64,000 nt of DNA from Candidatus Binatia bacterium (GTDB lineage: Bacteria > Desulfobacterota > Binatia > Bin18): NCBI GenBank assembly GCA_963664395.2, contig OY761159.2, positions 4,640,001 to 4,704,000 of the forward strand, read 5' to 3'. Numbering within the stretch: the first letter of the stretch is position 1; each line of letters begins with the position of its first letter. The position numbers and the translations under genes are program-made. The notes below the pieces were generated by a model. It was not told the DNA's origin, searched no databases, and saw only the letters and a program-made list of their open reading frames with translations. Shown piece after piece: positions 19,318-28,457 of the stretch.

Positions 19318-21837
19318 CTATGACTCGCGCGCTTGCCCAAACAGGCCGAGCTGCGAAGACTTTTCTTTCACTATGGTCCGTGCTTTACCCGCACTTCTCC
19401 GAGAACGTTTTTTGGCTGGCCGGACCAGCTCTGCCGATCCTTCGAGATCCTTGAGGATTTCTTCTGCTCGCTCCGTCACCGCGCGTGGCAGCCCAGCCAG
19501 CTTGGCCACATGGATGCCATACGACTGATCTGAAGCTCCGTCGATGACCTTATACAGAAAAACGACCTCGTCCTGCCATTCACGCACGGCAAACGTGTAA
19601 TTCACAAGGCCGGGAAGGAGGCCTTGCAAATCCGTGAGTTCGTGAAAATGCGTGGCAAACAGGGTACGTGGCCGTGGCCCTTCTCCATCAACCAGGAACT
19701 CAATAATCGATCGGGCTATGGACAGGCCATCTGACGTCGATGTTCCACGCCCAATCTCATCCAGCAGCAGGAGACTTCGTTCCGTAGCCGCGTTCAGGAT
19801 CTGGGCGGTTTCAATCATTTCTACGGCAAACGTGCTCTCTCCCAGCGCCAGATTATCGGATGCCCCGATGCGGGTAAAAATACGATCCACAATGCCAATC
19901 CGGGCGTGCTTGGCCGGCACAAATGCGCCGATTTGAGCCAGCAGCACAATAAGCGCGGCTTGGCGCAAATACACGGATTTGCCGCTCATATTGGGGGCGG
20001 TCAACAGCAGAAACTGGTGATCCGGCCGATTGAGCTGAACATCATTCTCTACAAAAGCGCTCCGTCCCAGCAGCGACTCAACAACGGGATGCCGTCCACC
20101 AACGATCGACAGCTCAGCTGTATCTGACATTTCAGGTCGAACGTAGTGCTGATTGACCGCCACCCAAGCGAAGCTGGCTAAGACGTCAAGCTGGGCGCAC
20201 GCCTGCGCGATAGCTTGAATCTGCGCCACATAGCGGAGAACCAGCTCGCATAACTCGGTAAAGAGTTCCTGCTCCAGGGCAACCGAACGTTCCTGGGCGT
20301 TGAGAATTTGATCCTCGTATTCTTTTAATTCAGGCGTAACAAATCGCTCCGCGTTGGCGAGGGTTTGTTTTCGCATATACGAGTCAGGGACCTTATTGAG
20401 CTGGGTCTTGGAGACTTCCAGATAGTAACCAAAGACCCGGTTATAACCAATCCGGAGCGAGGGAATCCCCGTGCGCTCACTTTCTCGCGCTTGGAGCGCT
20501 GCCAGCCATTGCTTGGCATCCGAGGCAATCGATTGCAAGCGATCCAGTTCCGCATGATAGCCTGGAGCAAAGACACCCCCTTCTCGGAGGTGGACGGGCG
20601 GCGCCTCGACCAAGGCACGCGCCAGGGTGCCCGGTAAGGGGCCGAGATCGGCTTGCAGGCGTGCACGCTGTCTGCTCAGCAGAGGACTGCGGACTGTTTC
20701 AAGCGCTCGGCTTACACCAGGAATTTGAGCCAGTGAGTCTCGCAACGCGGCGCTGTCTTTGGGATTCGCCACTCGACAGCTAAAACGGGCGGCCAAGCGT
20801 TCCAGATCACGGATGGGACCTAGCGCGCTACGGGCGGCTTCCAGCACCGCAGGCGCATTGACGTACTCATCCACCCCAGCATGGCGGGCTTCAATAGCGG
20901 AGACGGACAAGAGAGGATTCCTCAACCAATACTGCAAAAGTCGCCGGCCCATTGGCGTGACCGTGTCATCCAGTACGTCGATCAGTGTCCGGCCACGGAT
21001 ATCAGGGTTCGCCGGCCGAAAGAGCTCAAGACTGCGCTCGACTATCGGGCCAAGCAGCATGGTTTCGCCGGTTTGGAGCCGTTTTGGCAGGCCAATATGC
21101 GGCAGGCTGACCCGCATATGCTGTTGGAGAAAACGGAGCACCAGGGCGATTGCGATGGTTGTTTCCGTGTCCAATTCCAACGCGCGTAGAGAATCCAGCC
21201 CAAAAAAGGTCTGAATACACTCTACGCTGTCATCCACGGCACCATGCCAGTCTTCCAGCGTTGTCAGGGTGCTCTGGGCTTGACCGCTCCGATACCCGGC
21301 AAGGGCGGGATGCTCGGCCATGCCCTTGGTTATGACCATCTCACGAGGCGCGAGATGGCCGAGCGTGTCGGCAATGGCAGACTCTGTCTCATTCCAGAAT
21401 TGGAACGCGCCGGTCGTTGGTTCGAGGAGCGCCAGCCCCCACTGTCCTCCGCGTGCAAACATCCCCAGCAAGGTCGGACTTGCTCCGTCAGCATCGTTTT
21501 CAACATAGGTTGAAGGCGTAATCACACGCGTGACTGCACGCTTGACCAAGCCCTTGGCTGTTTTAGGGTCTTCGACCTGTTCACACAGAGCGACTTTCTT
21601 CCCCGCCTTGACCAGACGCGCGATATACCCCTGTACGGCATGGTGGGGCACTCCGCACATAGGGACCTTACCGTCTCCGCCGTCGCGGGCGGTCAGCGTT
21701 AAATCGAGTAAATCCGCGGCAAGAGGCGCATCATCAAAGAATACCTCGTAGAAGTCTCCCAAGCGGAACAAAACAATCGCGTCCTGATGCTGCTGCTTCA
21801 CCGACGAGTATTGCTGCATCAGGGGGGTCAAGGCCAT
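19318..21837 (-). CDS. mutS: DNA mismatch repair protein MutS
   Basis: TPLMQQY, FRLGDFYE, PNMSGKS, STFAVEM, DEIGRGTST, FATHFHEL, SYGIHVA. Confidence 0.97.
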   Translation of the reverse strand: MALTPLMQQYSSVKQQHQDAIVLFRLGDFYEVFFDDAPLAADLLDLTLTARDGGDGKVPMCGVPHHAVQGYIARLVKAGKKVALCEQVEDPKTAKGLVKRAVTRVITPSTYVENDADGASPTLLGMFARGGQWGLALLEPTTGAFQFWNETESAIADTLGHLAPREMVITKGMAEHPALAGYRSGQAQSTLTTLEDWHGAVDDSVECIQTFFGLDSLRALELDTETTIAIALVLRFLQQHMRVSLPHIGLPKRLQTGETMLLGPIVERSLELFRPANPDIRGRTLIDVLDDTVTPMGRRLLQYWLRNPLLSVSAIEARHAGVDEYVNAPAVLEAARSALGPIRDLERLAARFSCRVANPKDSAALRDSLAQIPGVSRALETVRSPLLSRQRARLQADLGPLPGTLARALVEAPPVHLREGGVFAPGYHAELDRLQSIASDAKQWLAALQARESERTGIPSLRIGYNRVFGYYLEVSKTQLNKVPDSYMRKQTLANAERFVTPELKEYEDQILNAQERSVALEQELFTELCELVLRYVAQIQAIAQACAQLDVLASFAWVAVNQHYVRPEMSDTAELSIVGGRHPVVESLLGRSAFVENDVQLNRPDHQFLLLTAPNMSGKSVYLRQAALIVLLAQIGAFVPAKHARIGIVDRIFTRIGASDNLALGESTFAVEMIETAQILNAATERSLLLLDEIGRGTSTSDGLSIARSIIEFLVDGEGPRPRTLFATHFHELTDLQGLLPGLVNYTFAVREWQDEVVFLYKVIDGASDQSYGIHVAKLAGLPRAVTERAEEILKDLEGSAELVRPAKKRSRRSAGKARTIVKEKSSQLGLFGQARES

Positions 21838-21862
21838 GGTATTCTTCTCCGTTACCCGTGTG

Positions 21863-21890
21863 TCTGCTACTATTTGCTACTATCTGCTAT
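21863..21890. repeat. About three copies of a 10-bp direct repeat in the mutS / acyl-CoA dehydrogenase divergent spacer
   Basis: tctgctacta tttgctacta tctgctat. Confidence 0.6.
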
Positions 21891-22050
21891 TTGGGGCAGG
21901 GTGTTTTTTCTTCTTATATGCTTTCTCCTTGCCCAGCCAGTCCAACCTTGCCCGACTTGCCAGCCCTTGATCTCACGTCGTAAAGTTGGAGCATTGACGA
22001 GGGTCCATAACGGCCGTTGATTAACAGACAAAGCAGAAAGGATATCAGCC

Positions 22051-23205
22051 ATGACTGAGCTCGACACAGAACAACAACAAATCCTGTCCACGCTCAACCG
22101 TTTCGTTGAGCGCGAGGTCAAGCCAGTCGCCAGCGAAATGGAGCACCGCGACGAATACCCGCACGCCTTGGTCGAGCGGATGAAGGAGCTCGGTCTATTC
22201 GGTGCGATTATCCCAACCGAGTATGGTGGTATGGGACTGTCCTTTACGACGTATGCCATGATTATTGAAGAAATCTGCCGCGGCTGGATGAGCCTGACCG
22301 GCGTCCTGAACTCGCACCTGCTGTTCGCTCACATCTTGGCCCTGTTCGGAACAGAAGAGCAAAAACAGCGTCTCCTGCCGGCTATGGCCACCGGAGAAAA
22401 ACGCGGCGGCCTCGCCCTGACCGAGCCGCATGCCGGGAGCGATGTGCAACGCATCCGCACAACGGCAAAGAAGCAGGGAGACAACTATCTGATCAACGGC
22501 TCTAAAATGTTTATTACCAATGCGCGTCATGGCAATATTCTGGCTGTCGCCGCCAAGACGAACCCGGAAGCTGAGCCAGCCTATGCGGGCATCAGCCTGT
22601 TCGCTGCTGAGAAAGGCGCTCCGGGACTGACGGTGAGTCGGGATATCAAGAAACTGGGGTATAAGGGTCTGGATACGTGTGAACTCGCCTTTGAGGACTT
22701 TCCGACGCCAGCCAGCTCCCTTATCGGCGGGGAAGAGGGACTGGGATTCAAGCAGGTGATGCACGGCTTGGAAGTTGGTCGGATCAATGTTGCGGCGCGG
22801 GCGGTCGGCGTAGCCCAGGCCGCATTTGAGGAAGCGATTCGGTATTCCCAGCAGCGCGAAACGTTCGGCAAGCCGATTTGTGAACATCAGGCCATTCAGC
22901 TCAAGCTGGCCGATATGGCAACCAAGATCGAAGCCTCCCGCTTACTGGTCCGGCAGGCCGCCGATAAGAAAGACAGAGGCGAGCGGTGCGACCTGGAAGC
23001 CGGTATGGCGAAACTGTTTGCATCTGAGGCGTGTGAAGAAGTCGCCCTGGAAGCCATGCGCGTGCTGGGCGGGTATGGCTACACTCAGGAGTTTCCGGTC
23101 GAGCGTTTTTATCGGGACGCGCCCCTCATGCTTATTGGGGAAGGCACGAACGAAATTCAGAAAATTGTGATCGCCCGCAATCTCCTGAAAAAATATCGAA
23201 TATAG
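22051..23205 (+). CDS. Acyl-CoA dehydrogenase
   Basis: ALTEPHAGSD, NGSKMFITN, GRINVAA, QRETFGKPI, LGGYGY..E..VER.YRDA, IGEGTNEIQ. Confidence 0.94.
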   Translation: MTELDTEQQQILSTLNRFVEREVKPVASEMEHRDEYPHALVERMKELGLFGAIIPTEYGGMGLSFTTYAMIIEEICRGWMSLTGVLNSHLLFAHILALFGTEEQKQRLLPAMATGEKRGGLALTEPHAGSDVQRIRTTAKKQGDNYLINGSKMFITNARHGNILAVAAKTNPEAEPAYAGISLFAAEKGAPGLTVSRDIKKLGYKGLDTCELAFEDFPTPASSLIGGEEGLGFKQVMHGLEVGRINVAARAVGVAQAAFEEAIRYSQQRETFGKPICEHQAIQLKLADMATKIEASRLLVRQAADKKDRGERCDLEAGMAKLFASEACEEVALEAMRVLGGYGYTQEFPVERFYRDAPLMLIGEGTNEIQKIVIARNLLKKYRI

Positions 23206-23460
23206 AGGGGCCGCGGGGACGATCTTTGTTTTTTCACGATTCTGTCACCTAGGTGCCACTCGCTGCATAGCTTCTGGCTTGGAATGCCTGATTCTTTTGT
23301 GTATTGTGATTAAAAGAATCGACTGTTTTAACTGTTCGCTATGGTTTTCTACCAACACAGGTCGTACTCACAAGTCGGCCCTTCCCTCTAACTGAACGTT
23401 ACATTTTTGCGTCGAATGGAGCATACTTCTCGGAGCAGTGCACCGAGTCGGGAGAAGAAT

Positions 23461-25533
23461 ATGTCTACCACGTTGGAAAAAACTCGAAACATCGGCATCG
23501 TTGCTCACGTTGATAGCGGCAAAACGACAGTGAGCGAACGTGTCCTGTATTATACGGGCCTCTCGCACAAGATTGGTGAGGTGCACGAAGGGACTGCCGT
23601 CACCGACTGGATGCCCCAGGAACGTGAGCGGGGCATCACCATTACGGCGGCGGCAATTACTTGTGAATGGGACAACCATCAGATCAATATTATCGATACG
23701 CCAGGCCATGTAGATTTTACCACCGAGGTTGAGCGGAGCTTGCGCGTCTTGGATGGCGCCATTGTCGTCTTCTGTGGAGTTGGCGGCGTCGAACCACAGT
23801 CGGAGACCGTGTGGCGCCAAGCGGACAAATACGGCGTGCCACGCATTGTCTTTATCAATAAGCTGGATCGCATAGGGGCAGACTTTCACGCTGTGGTCGA
23901 TCAAATTAAGAATCGATTGGGCGCGAATCCTTTGATTCTACAACTTCCGATCGGCACGGAAGATGAGATGACGGGTGTGATCGATCTGATTCGTCAGAAG
24001 GCCCTCGTATGGGAAGAAGACACGCTTGGAGCGCAGTTTCACGAAGAGGAGATTCCGACAAAGCTCCAAGCAGATGCGGCGAGATTCCATGAGCTGCTGG
24101 TTGAAAGCGTGGCTGATGCCGATGATGCGTTATTAGAGAAATATCTGGGCGGTGCATCCCTGACGGAGAAGGAAATTACGACCGCGGTGCGCTTAAAGAC
24201 GCAGTCGCTGGCAGTCTTCCCCGTCCTGTGCGGAACCGCTCTCCGCAACAAGGGGATTCAGCCGCTACTCGATGCCGTTGTCGACTATCTCCCCCCTCCG
24301 GTACGACCAGTGACGGGGCAAACGCTCGCAGGAAAAGAACATACCTGGCAGGTCGATGATGACATCCTGGCCGGCTTGGCTTTTAAGACCATGCACGACC
24401 CCTACTCTGGCCAACTGACTTTTGTACGTTTGTACAGCGGGGAGTTGAAAACCGGCACTGCAATTTTTAACCCACGGACCGAACGAGGTGAACGCATTGG
24501 CCGCCTTGTCCGTATGCACGCCGATAAAAAGGAAGACTTGGAAAGTGCCGCGGCGGGAGACATCATCGCTATCGTAGGCTTAAAGAATTTTACCACCGGT
24601 GACACCATCTCGACCAAGCAGCATCCCGTTTTGCTTGAATCGATTTCATTCAAGGAACCGGTTATCTCGGTCGCGATTGAGCCCAAAACCAAGATCGATT
24701 CTGAAAAGCTGGGGCTCGCACTCCAACGCTTATCCTCCGAAGACCCAACCCTTGTGATTCAAACGAATAGAGAGACCGGTCAAACTATTCTGTCTGGCAT
24801 GGGAGAGCTGCACCTCGAAGTGATTCTGGATCGGCTCGCGCGGGAATTCAAAGTCGAAGTGAACACGGGCACGCCGCAGGTCTCCTATCGCGAAACCATT
24901 ACACGCGGAGCAGAAGCCGAAGGGCGCTATGTTCGACAAACGGGTGGTCGAGGTCAGTTTGGCCATGTCTTCCTCAAGATCGAACCCAATGACAACGAAG
25001 GCTTGGTCTTTGTCAACGGTATTAAAAGCGGAGCAATTCCCCGAGAGTATATCTCCTCGGTCGAAAAGGGCATTCGTGGAGCCGCAGAGAACGGGGTGAC
25101 CTACGGCTATCCCCTCCTCAACACGACCGTCACCTTATATGATGGCAACTACCACGAAGTTGACTCGTCAGAGATGGCTTTCCACATGGCGGGCTCCATA
25201 GGGTTCAAAGCAGCCGTGCATAAAGCCAAACCCATTTTGTTGGAACCCATGATGGAAGTCGAAGTGGTCATGCCTGAGGGCTATATGGGAACGGCCATGG
25301 GTGACTTGCAGGCCCGCCGCGGCAAAGTAACAGAACTCGGCGAGCGGGGCGGGGGCCAGCGCACCGTGACCGCGCACGTCCCGCTGGCGACGATGTTCGG
25401 TTATGCCACAGCCATTCGGTCACTCACCCAAGGGCGAGCGACCTACACCATGGAGTTCGACCACTATGGTAAAGTTCCTGCCAGCGTCATAGACGAGGCG
25501 CTCGGCCGAAAAAAGGAACTTGAAGTCGGGTAA
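23461..25533 (+). CDS. fusA: Elongation factor G (stand-alone copy)
   Basis: [60 protein letters not shown]; ATG 23461. Confidence 0.93.
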   Translation: MSTTLEKTRNIGIVAHVDSGKTTVSERVLYYTGLSHKIGEVHEGTAVTDWMPQERERGITITAAAITCEWDNHQINIIDTPGHVDFTTEVERSLRVLDGAIVVFCGVGGVEPQSETVWRQADKYGVPRIVFINKLDRIGADFHAVVDQIKNRLGANPLILQLPIGTEDEMTGVIDLIRQKALVWEEDTLGAQFHEEEIPTKLQADAARFHELLVESVADADDALLEKYLGGASLTEKEITTAVRLKTQSLAVFPVLCGTALRNKGIQPLLDAVVDYLPPPVRPVTGQTLAGKEHTWQVDDDILAGLAFKTMHDPYSGQLTFVRLYSGELKTGTAIFNPRTERGERIGRLVRMHADKKEDLESAAAGDIIAIVGLKNFTTGDTISTKQHPVLLESISFKEPVISVAIEPKTKIDSEKLGLALQRLSSEDPTLVIQTNRETGQTILSGMGELHLEVILDRLAREFKVEVNTGTPQVSYRETITRGAEAEGRYVRQTGGRGQFGHVFLKIEPNDNEGLVFVNGIKSGAIPREYISSVEKGIRGAAENGVTYGYPLLNTTVTLYDGNYHEVDSSEMAFHMAGSIGFKAAVHKAKPILLEPMMEVEVVMPEGYMGTAMGDLQARRGKVTELGERGGGQRTVTAHVPLATMFGYATAIRSLTQGRATYTMEFDHYGKVPASVIDEALGRKKELEVG

Positions 25534-25581
25534 GAGGCTCCCCTCGCCGCCCCGTGGCACCCCTCCGAGCAGGGGAGTATG

Positions 25582-25610
25582 TTGCGAGATAGTAACCCTT
25601 CGCCTACAAT
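25582..25610 (+). promoter_or_regulatory. Putative sigma70 promoter of tRNA-Leu
   Basis: TTGCGA-N17-TACAAT, 10 nt before the tRNA. Confidence 0.6.
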
Positions 25611-25620
25611 CTGCCCGCAT

Positions 25621-25705
25621 GCCGGAGTGGTGGAACTGGTAGACACATGGGACTTAAAATCCCATGGGGCATTGCCCCGTGCGGGTTCAAGCCCCGCCTC
25701 CGGCA
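25621..25705 (+). tRNA. tRNA-Leu(TAA)
   Basis: GCCGGAG/CTCCGGC acceptor stem, TGGGA-CT-TAA-AA-TCCCA anticodon arm, long variable arm GGGGC-ATT-GCCCC, GGTTCAAG T-loop; CCA not encoded. Confidence 0.96.
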
Positions 25706-25724
25706 GTGCAAAAACAGATATTTC

Positions 25725-25768
25725 GGCGCTTCTGGCGACTTTCTTAGCCGGAGCGCCTTTCTTCTTTG
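25725..25768 (+). terminator. Intrinsic terminator after tRNA-Leu
   Basis: GGCGCTTCTGGC...GCCGGAGCGCC followed by TTTCTTT. Confidence 0.55.
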
Positions 25769-25903
25769 TAGGAACGTCATGGAAAGATTTCCGCTCCTCG
25801 GCTTCCCCTGTCATTCACAACGTCCGCACCACCTACTTCACCTCGCCGATAATCTCCGTATCTGCTCTCCAGCCACCGATACGCTAGAGCCTCTTCAGCC
25901 AGC

Positions 25904-26983
25904 CTAGTATTTCGCGATTACCTGTTCGGCAAAGTCTTTGTAGACCTCACGACTTGTTTTCAGCGGCGGCAGAAGAGAAATTTCTCCAAGTCCGCCCTGC
26001 TCCGCCCGGCGGATATCAGCGATCAGTTCATCCGGTTCGCCGACCATGCACGATCCCTTGATCGTTTTCGGTGTAATGAATTTTCGTTCCTCAGGGACAT
26101 GATAGGTGCAGTGCCCATCATGGATCTGCAGATAGCGTTTCGCCTGAGGCGTTGCCATATTCTCTACCTGGTCACGATACTCTTCCCAGACATCCTGGAA
26201 CGCTTCGGGCACGCCGCTCTCATCCCCCGTTTGTTCATAAATTTCATACACAAAATGCAGGGCACAGGTGACCCAGGAGCCGCAGGCTTCAATCACACGA
26301 TCGGAGGTTAAATCTTCTCCTGGTTTCAACACAACCGCATTTGTCAGGGCAGTCGTATGAAAATTCTCAGGCAATGTCCGCCCGGCTCGCTTGGCCCCGG
26401 CTTGCACCCGGCTTACATTCGCCTGTAATACCTCAGCCTGTTCGTTGAACAGCGAAACCAGTCCATCGCCAAACTCTCCCGCGGTTCGGAGAGCCAGCGG
26501 TCCATTGGCCGCAACGTAGATGGGAATCGGCTGTTCCAGGTCGATGAATTTAAGCTCTTGGTGCAAGAACTTGATCGTCCGTGTCGTTCCATTCAGTGTG
26601 TACTCAACCTCTTCACCACGCAGCAGCGTGCGGACCACCCGCAGGTATTCTCGAAAATCCCTGACCTTCATAGGCTGCATGCCCATGACCCGCATGGCGG
26701 TATGACCAGTCCCAATGCCAAGGAAGACCCGCCCAGGAGCGATACGGTTAATCGAGGCAATGGAATGCGCGGTCACCGGGGCAATGCGTGTCCCAGGAAT
26801 GGCGACCCCGGTGCCAAGACGAATGCGCGAGGTGTTCTGAGCGGCCAGCGCCAAGGTCGCATAACAGTCCGACCAGATCATCTGAGAGTCAGGCACCCAA
26901 GCTGCGTCAAAGCCTAAATCCTCAACATATTTGAAGACTTCCCAGTTATCGATTTTGGTATGGGCGGTGATACTGAATTGCAT
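25904..26983 (-). CDS. LLM-class (luciferase-like) flavin/F420-dependent oxidoreductase
   Basis: E.LGFD..W.PDS, TSRIRLGTGV, GRVFLGIGTG, IPIYVAANGP..L..AGEFGDG. Confidence 0.9.
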   Translation of the reverse strand: MQFSITAHTKIDNWEVFKYVEDLGFDAAWVPDSQMIWSDCYATLALAAQNTSRIRLGTGVAIPGTRIAPVTAHSIASINRIAPGRVFLGIGTGHTAMRVMGMQPMKVRDFREYLRVVRTLLRGEEVEYTLNGTTRTIKFLHQELKFIDLEQPIPIYVAANGPLALRTAGEFGDGLVSLFNEQAEVLQANVSRVQAGAKRAGRTLPENFHTTALTNAVVLKPGEDLTSDRVIEACGSWVTCALHFVYEIYEQTGDESGVPEAFQDVWEEYRDQVENMATPQAKRYLQIHDGHCTYHVPEERKFITPKTIKGSCMVGEPDELIADIRRAEQGGLGEISLLPPLKTSREVYKDFAEQVIAKY

Positions 26984-27185
26984 ACGACTCCTCCTCGTGA
27001 TGGTTATTGGAGTGTCTCTATATCATCCATCGCTCACAATTTTCAGCCCACCTTTGACTCGCCTATTCTCTCACTTTAAGGTGGGGGAGACGCTATACTC
27101 CAGACTGTCCCATCTTCTGCGGCAGCGTTTTTGAGAGGCTTGGTTTGGCATTCATCCGTGCTCCTCAGCACGGCACTCCTATCTC

Positions 27186-28454
27186 ATGTTGTACCTATCG
27201 CATTGCTGTTCGATTTTCTTTCTGTATGCGGCCACTATCGGTATCTTCAGCGCTTGCAGCACCAGGCAAAGGGACACCCGCCTCGGCACGGAGCCCTTTC
27301 CGGTTGTAGCCCAGCCGGGCGCTCCATCTTCACCGCCGGCGCAACCGGAAATGAGCCTGACATCCGACCCGGAGGCAGAACTGGCCTGGGAATTTTTGGC
27401 GGGCGTCGATGAGACAGGCATCATCCCTCATCCTCCAGTGGCCCCGCCCGTTCAGCCTGAGCCCACCGCCTCTCAGCCGGATGAAGAACTCAATGAAGAA
27501 CTCAATGAGGAACTCAATGAGGAACTCCCCCCCCTCCTAGCGCTCGGTCCCCCTCAAGAAGAAAAAGCCTCGGGCTGGCTGGCTTGGGTGCCGGACTTGT
27601 CTCCGGACGAGTCCGGCACAAATGGAAATGCGCAGTACCGGACCGAGCAAGACCTCCTCAAGGTTGTCGCCGAGTTTCAGCGCGTGGCGGCAAAAGATAC
27701 CTACCGCTTTCCTTTACCCAAAGATGTGACCGGAGCCAATGTGCATAAGGCGACACTCACCCGCATCCATGATTATGAAACCAAACATCCGGGTGCCTAT
27801 TCCGAGATTATCGCCTTCACCCGAGGGCGGGCCTATGAAGGGCTGCACGCCTATGAACGAGCCCTGGCCGAGTACCAACGGGTAGCCCAAGGCAAAAGCC
27901 GACTCAAACACGAGGCCCGCCAAGCAGTCGAAGCGCTCACCGCCTTTCAGGCCCTCGCGCAACAGGTACCGACAGCCACAACCGTGGGTGAGTATGTTCA
28001 GGCGCTTGACGAACACGGGCAGCGCTGGAGGGGCTTAGCCCAGCAGTATCAGAACACGCCCTATAGCGCCCTGGCGCGCGAAGAAGAGGAACGTCTTGAC
28101 CAGGCGAAAATCGCCTTCTTTGCAATCAACCGCTACCGGATTGAGGATGGTAACGAGAGCGTTCTCTTGGCCTACCAACAGTTACTTGATAAACATCGGG
28201 AGAGCAAAAACCGCTATCGGTATCGGATGGAGCTAGGGGATTTCTATGTTACGCTCGCCCATGAGTATATTGCCCAGAACGATCCTGAAAGCTTACGTTT
28301 CGATTCCGACATCTTTGAAGCATTGGGACAAGCGGCGCTCCACCATTACGCGAGGGTTGCCCAAGAGGACGGCATCATGGAAAAACTTGAAGCCAAGGGC
28401 AAACTCGAAGCGCTTGAAGCCTATATGGCCAAAGTCGGACGTTTAGGACGTTAA
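27186..28454 (+). CDS. Hypothetical lipoprotein with a TPR-like helical C-terminal region
   Basis: Lipobox-like IFSAC, Pro/Glu-rich linker, then helical segments such as FTRGRAYEGLHAYERALAEYQRV. Confidence 0.65.
   Translation: MLYLSHCCSIFFLYAATIGIFSACSTRQRDTRLGTEPFPVVAQPGAPSSPPAQPEMSLTSDPEAELAWEFLAGVDETGIIPHPPVAPPVQPEPTASQPDEELNEELNEELNEELPPLLALGPPQEEKASGWLAWVPDLSPDESGTNGNAQYRTEQDLLKVVAEFQRVAAKDTYRFPLPKDVTGANVHKATLTRIHDYETKHPGAYSEIIAFTRGRAYEGLHAYERALAEYQRVAQGKSRLKHEARQAVEALTAFQALAQQVPTATTVGEYVQALDEHGQRWRGLAQQYQNTPYSALAREEEERLDQAKIAFFAINRYRIEDGNESVLLAYQQLLDKHRESKNRYRYRMELGDFYVTLAHEYIAQNDPESLRFDSDIFEALGQAALHHYARVAQEDGIMEKLEAKGKLEALEAYMAKVGRLGR
27481..27527 (+). repeat. Four copies of a 12-bp in-frame tandem repeat (EELN)
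   Basis: atgaagaactca x2, atgaggaactca, atgaggaactc. Confidence 0.9.
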
Positions 28455-28457
28455 GCC

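Noticed and set aside
19975-20005. MutS Walker A variant TAPNMSGKS
   Set aside because: Single Gly-to-Ala change with the GKS core intact; no evidence of lost function
25621-25900. tRNA-Leu as an island integration site
   Set aside because: No duplicate of its 3' end and no integrase seen nearby
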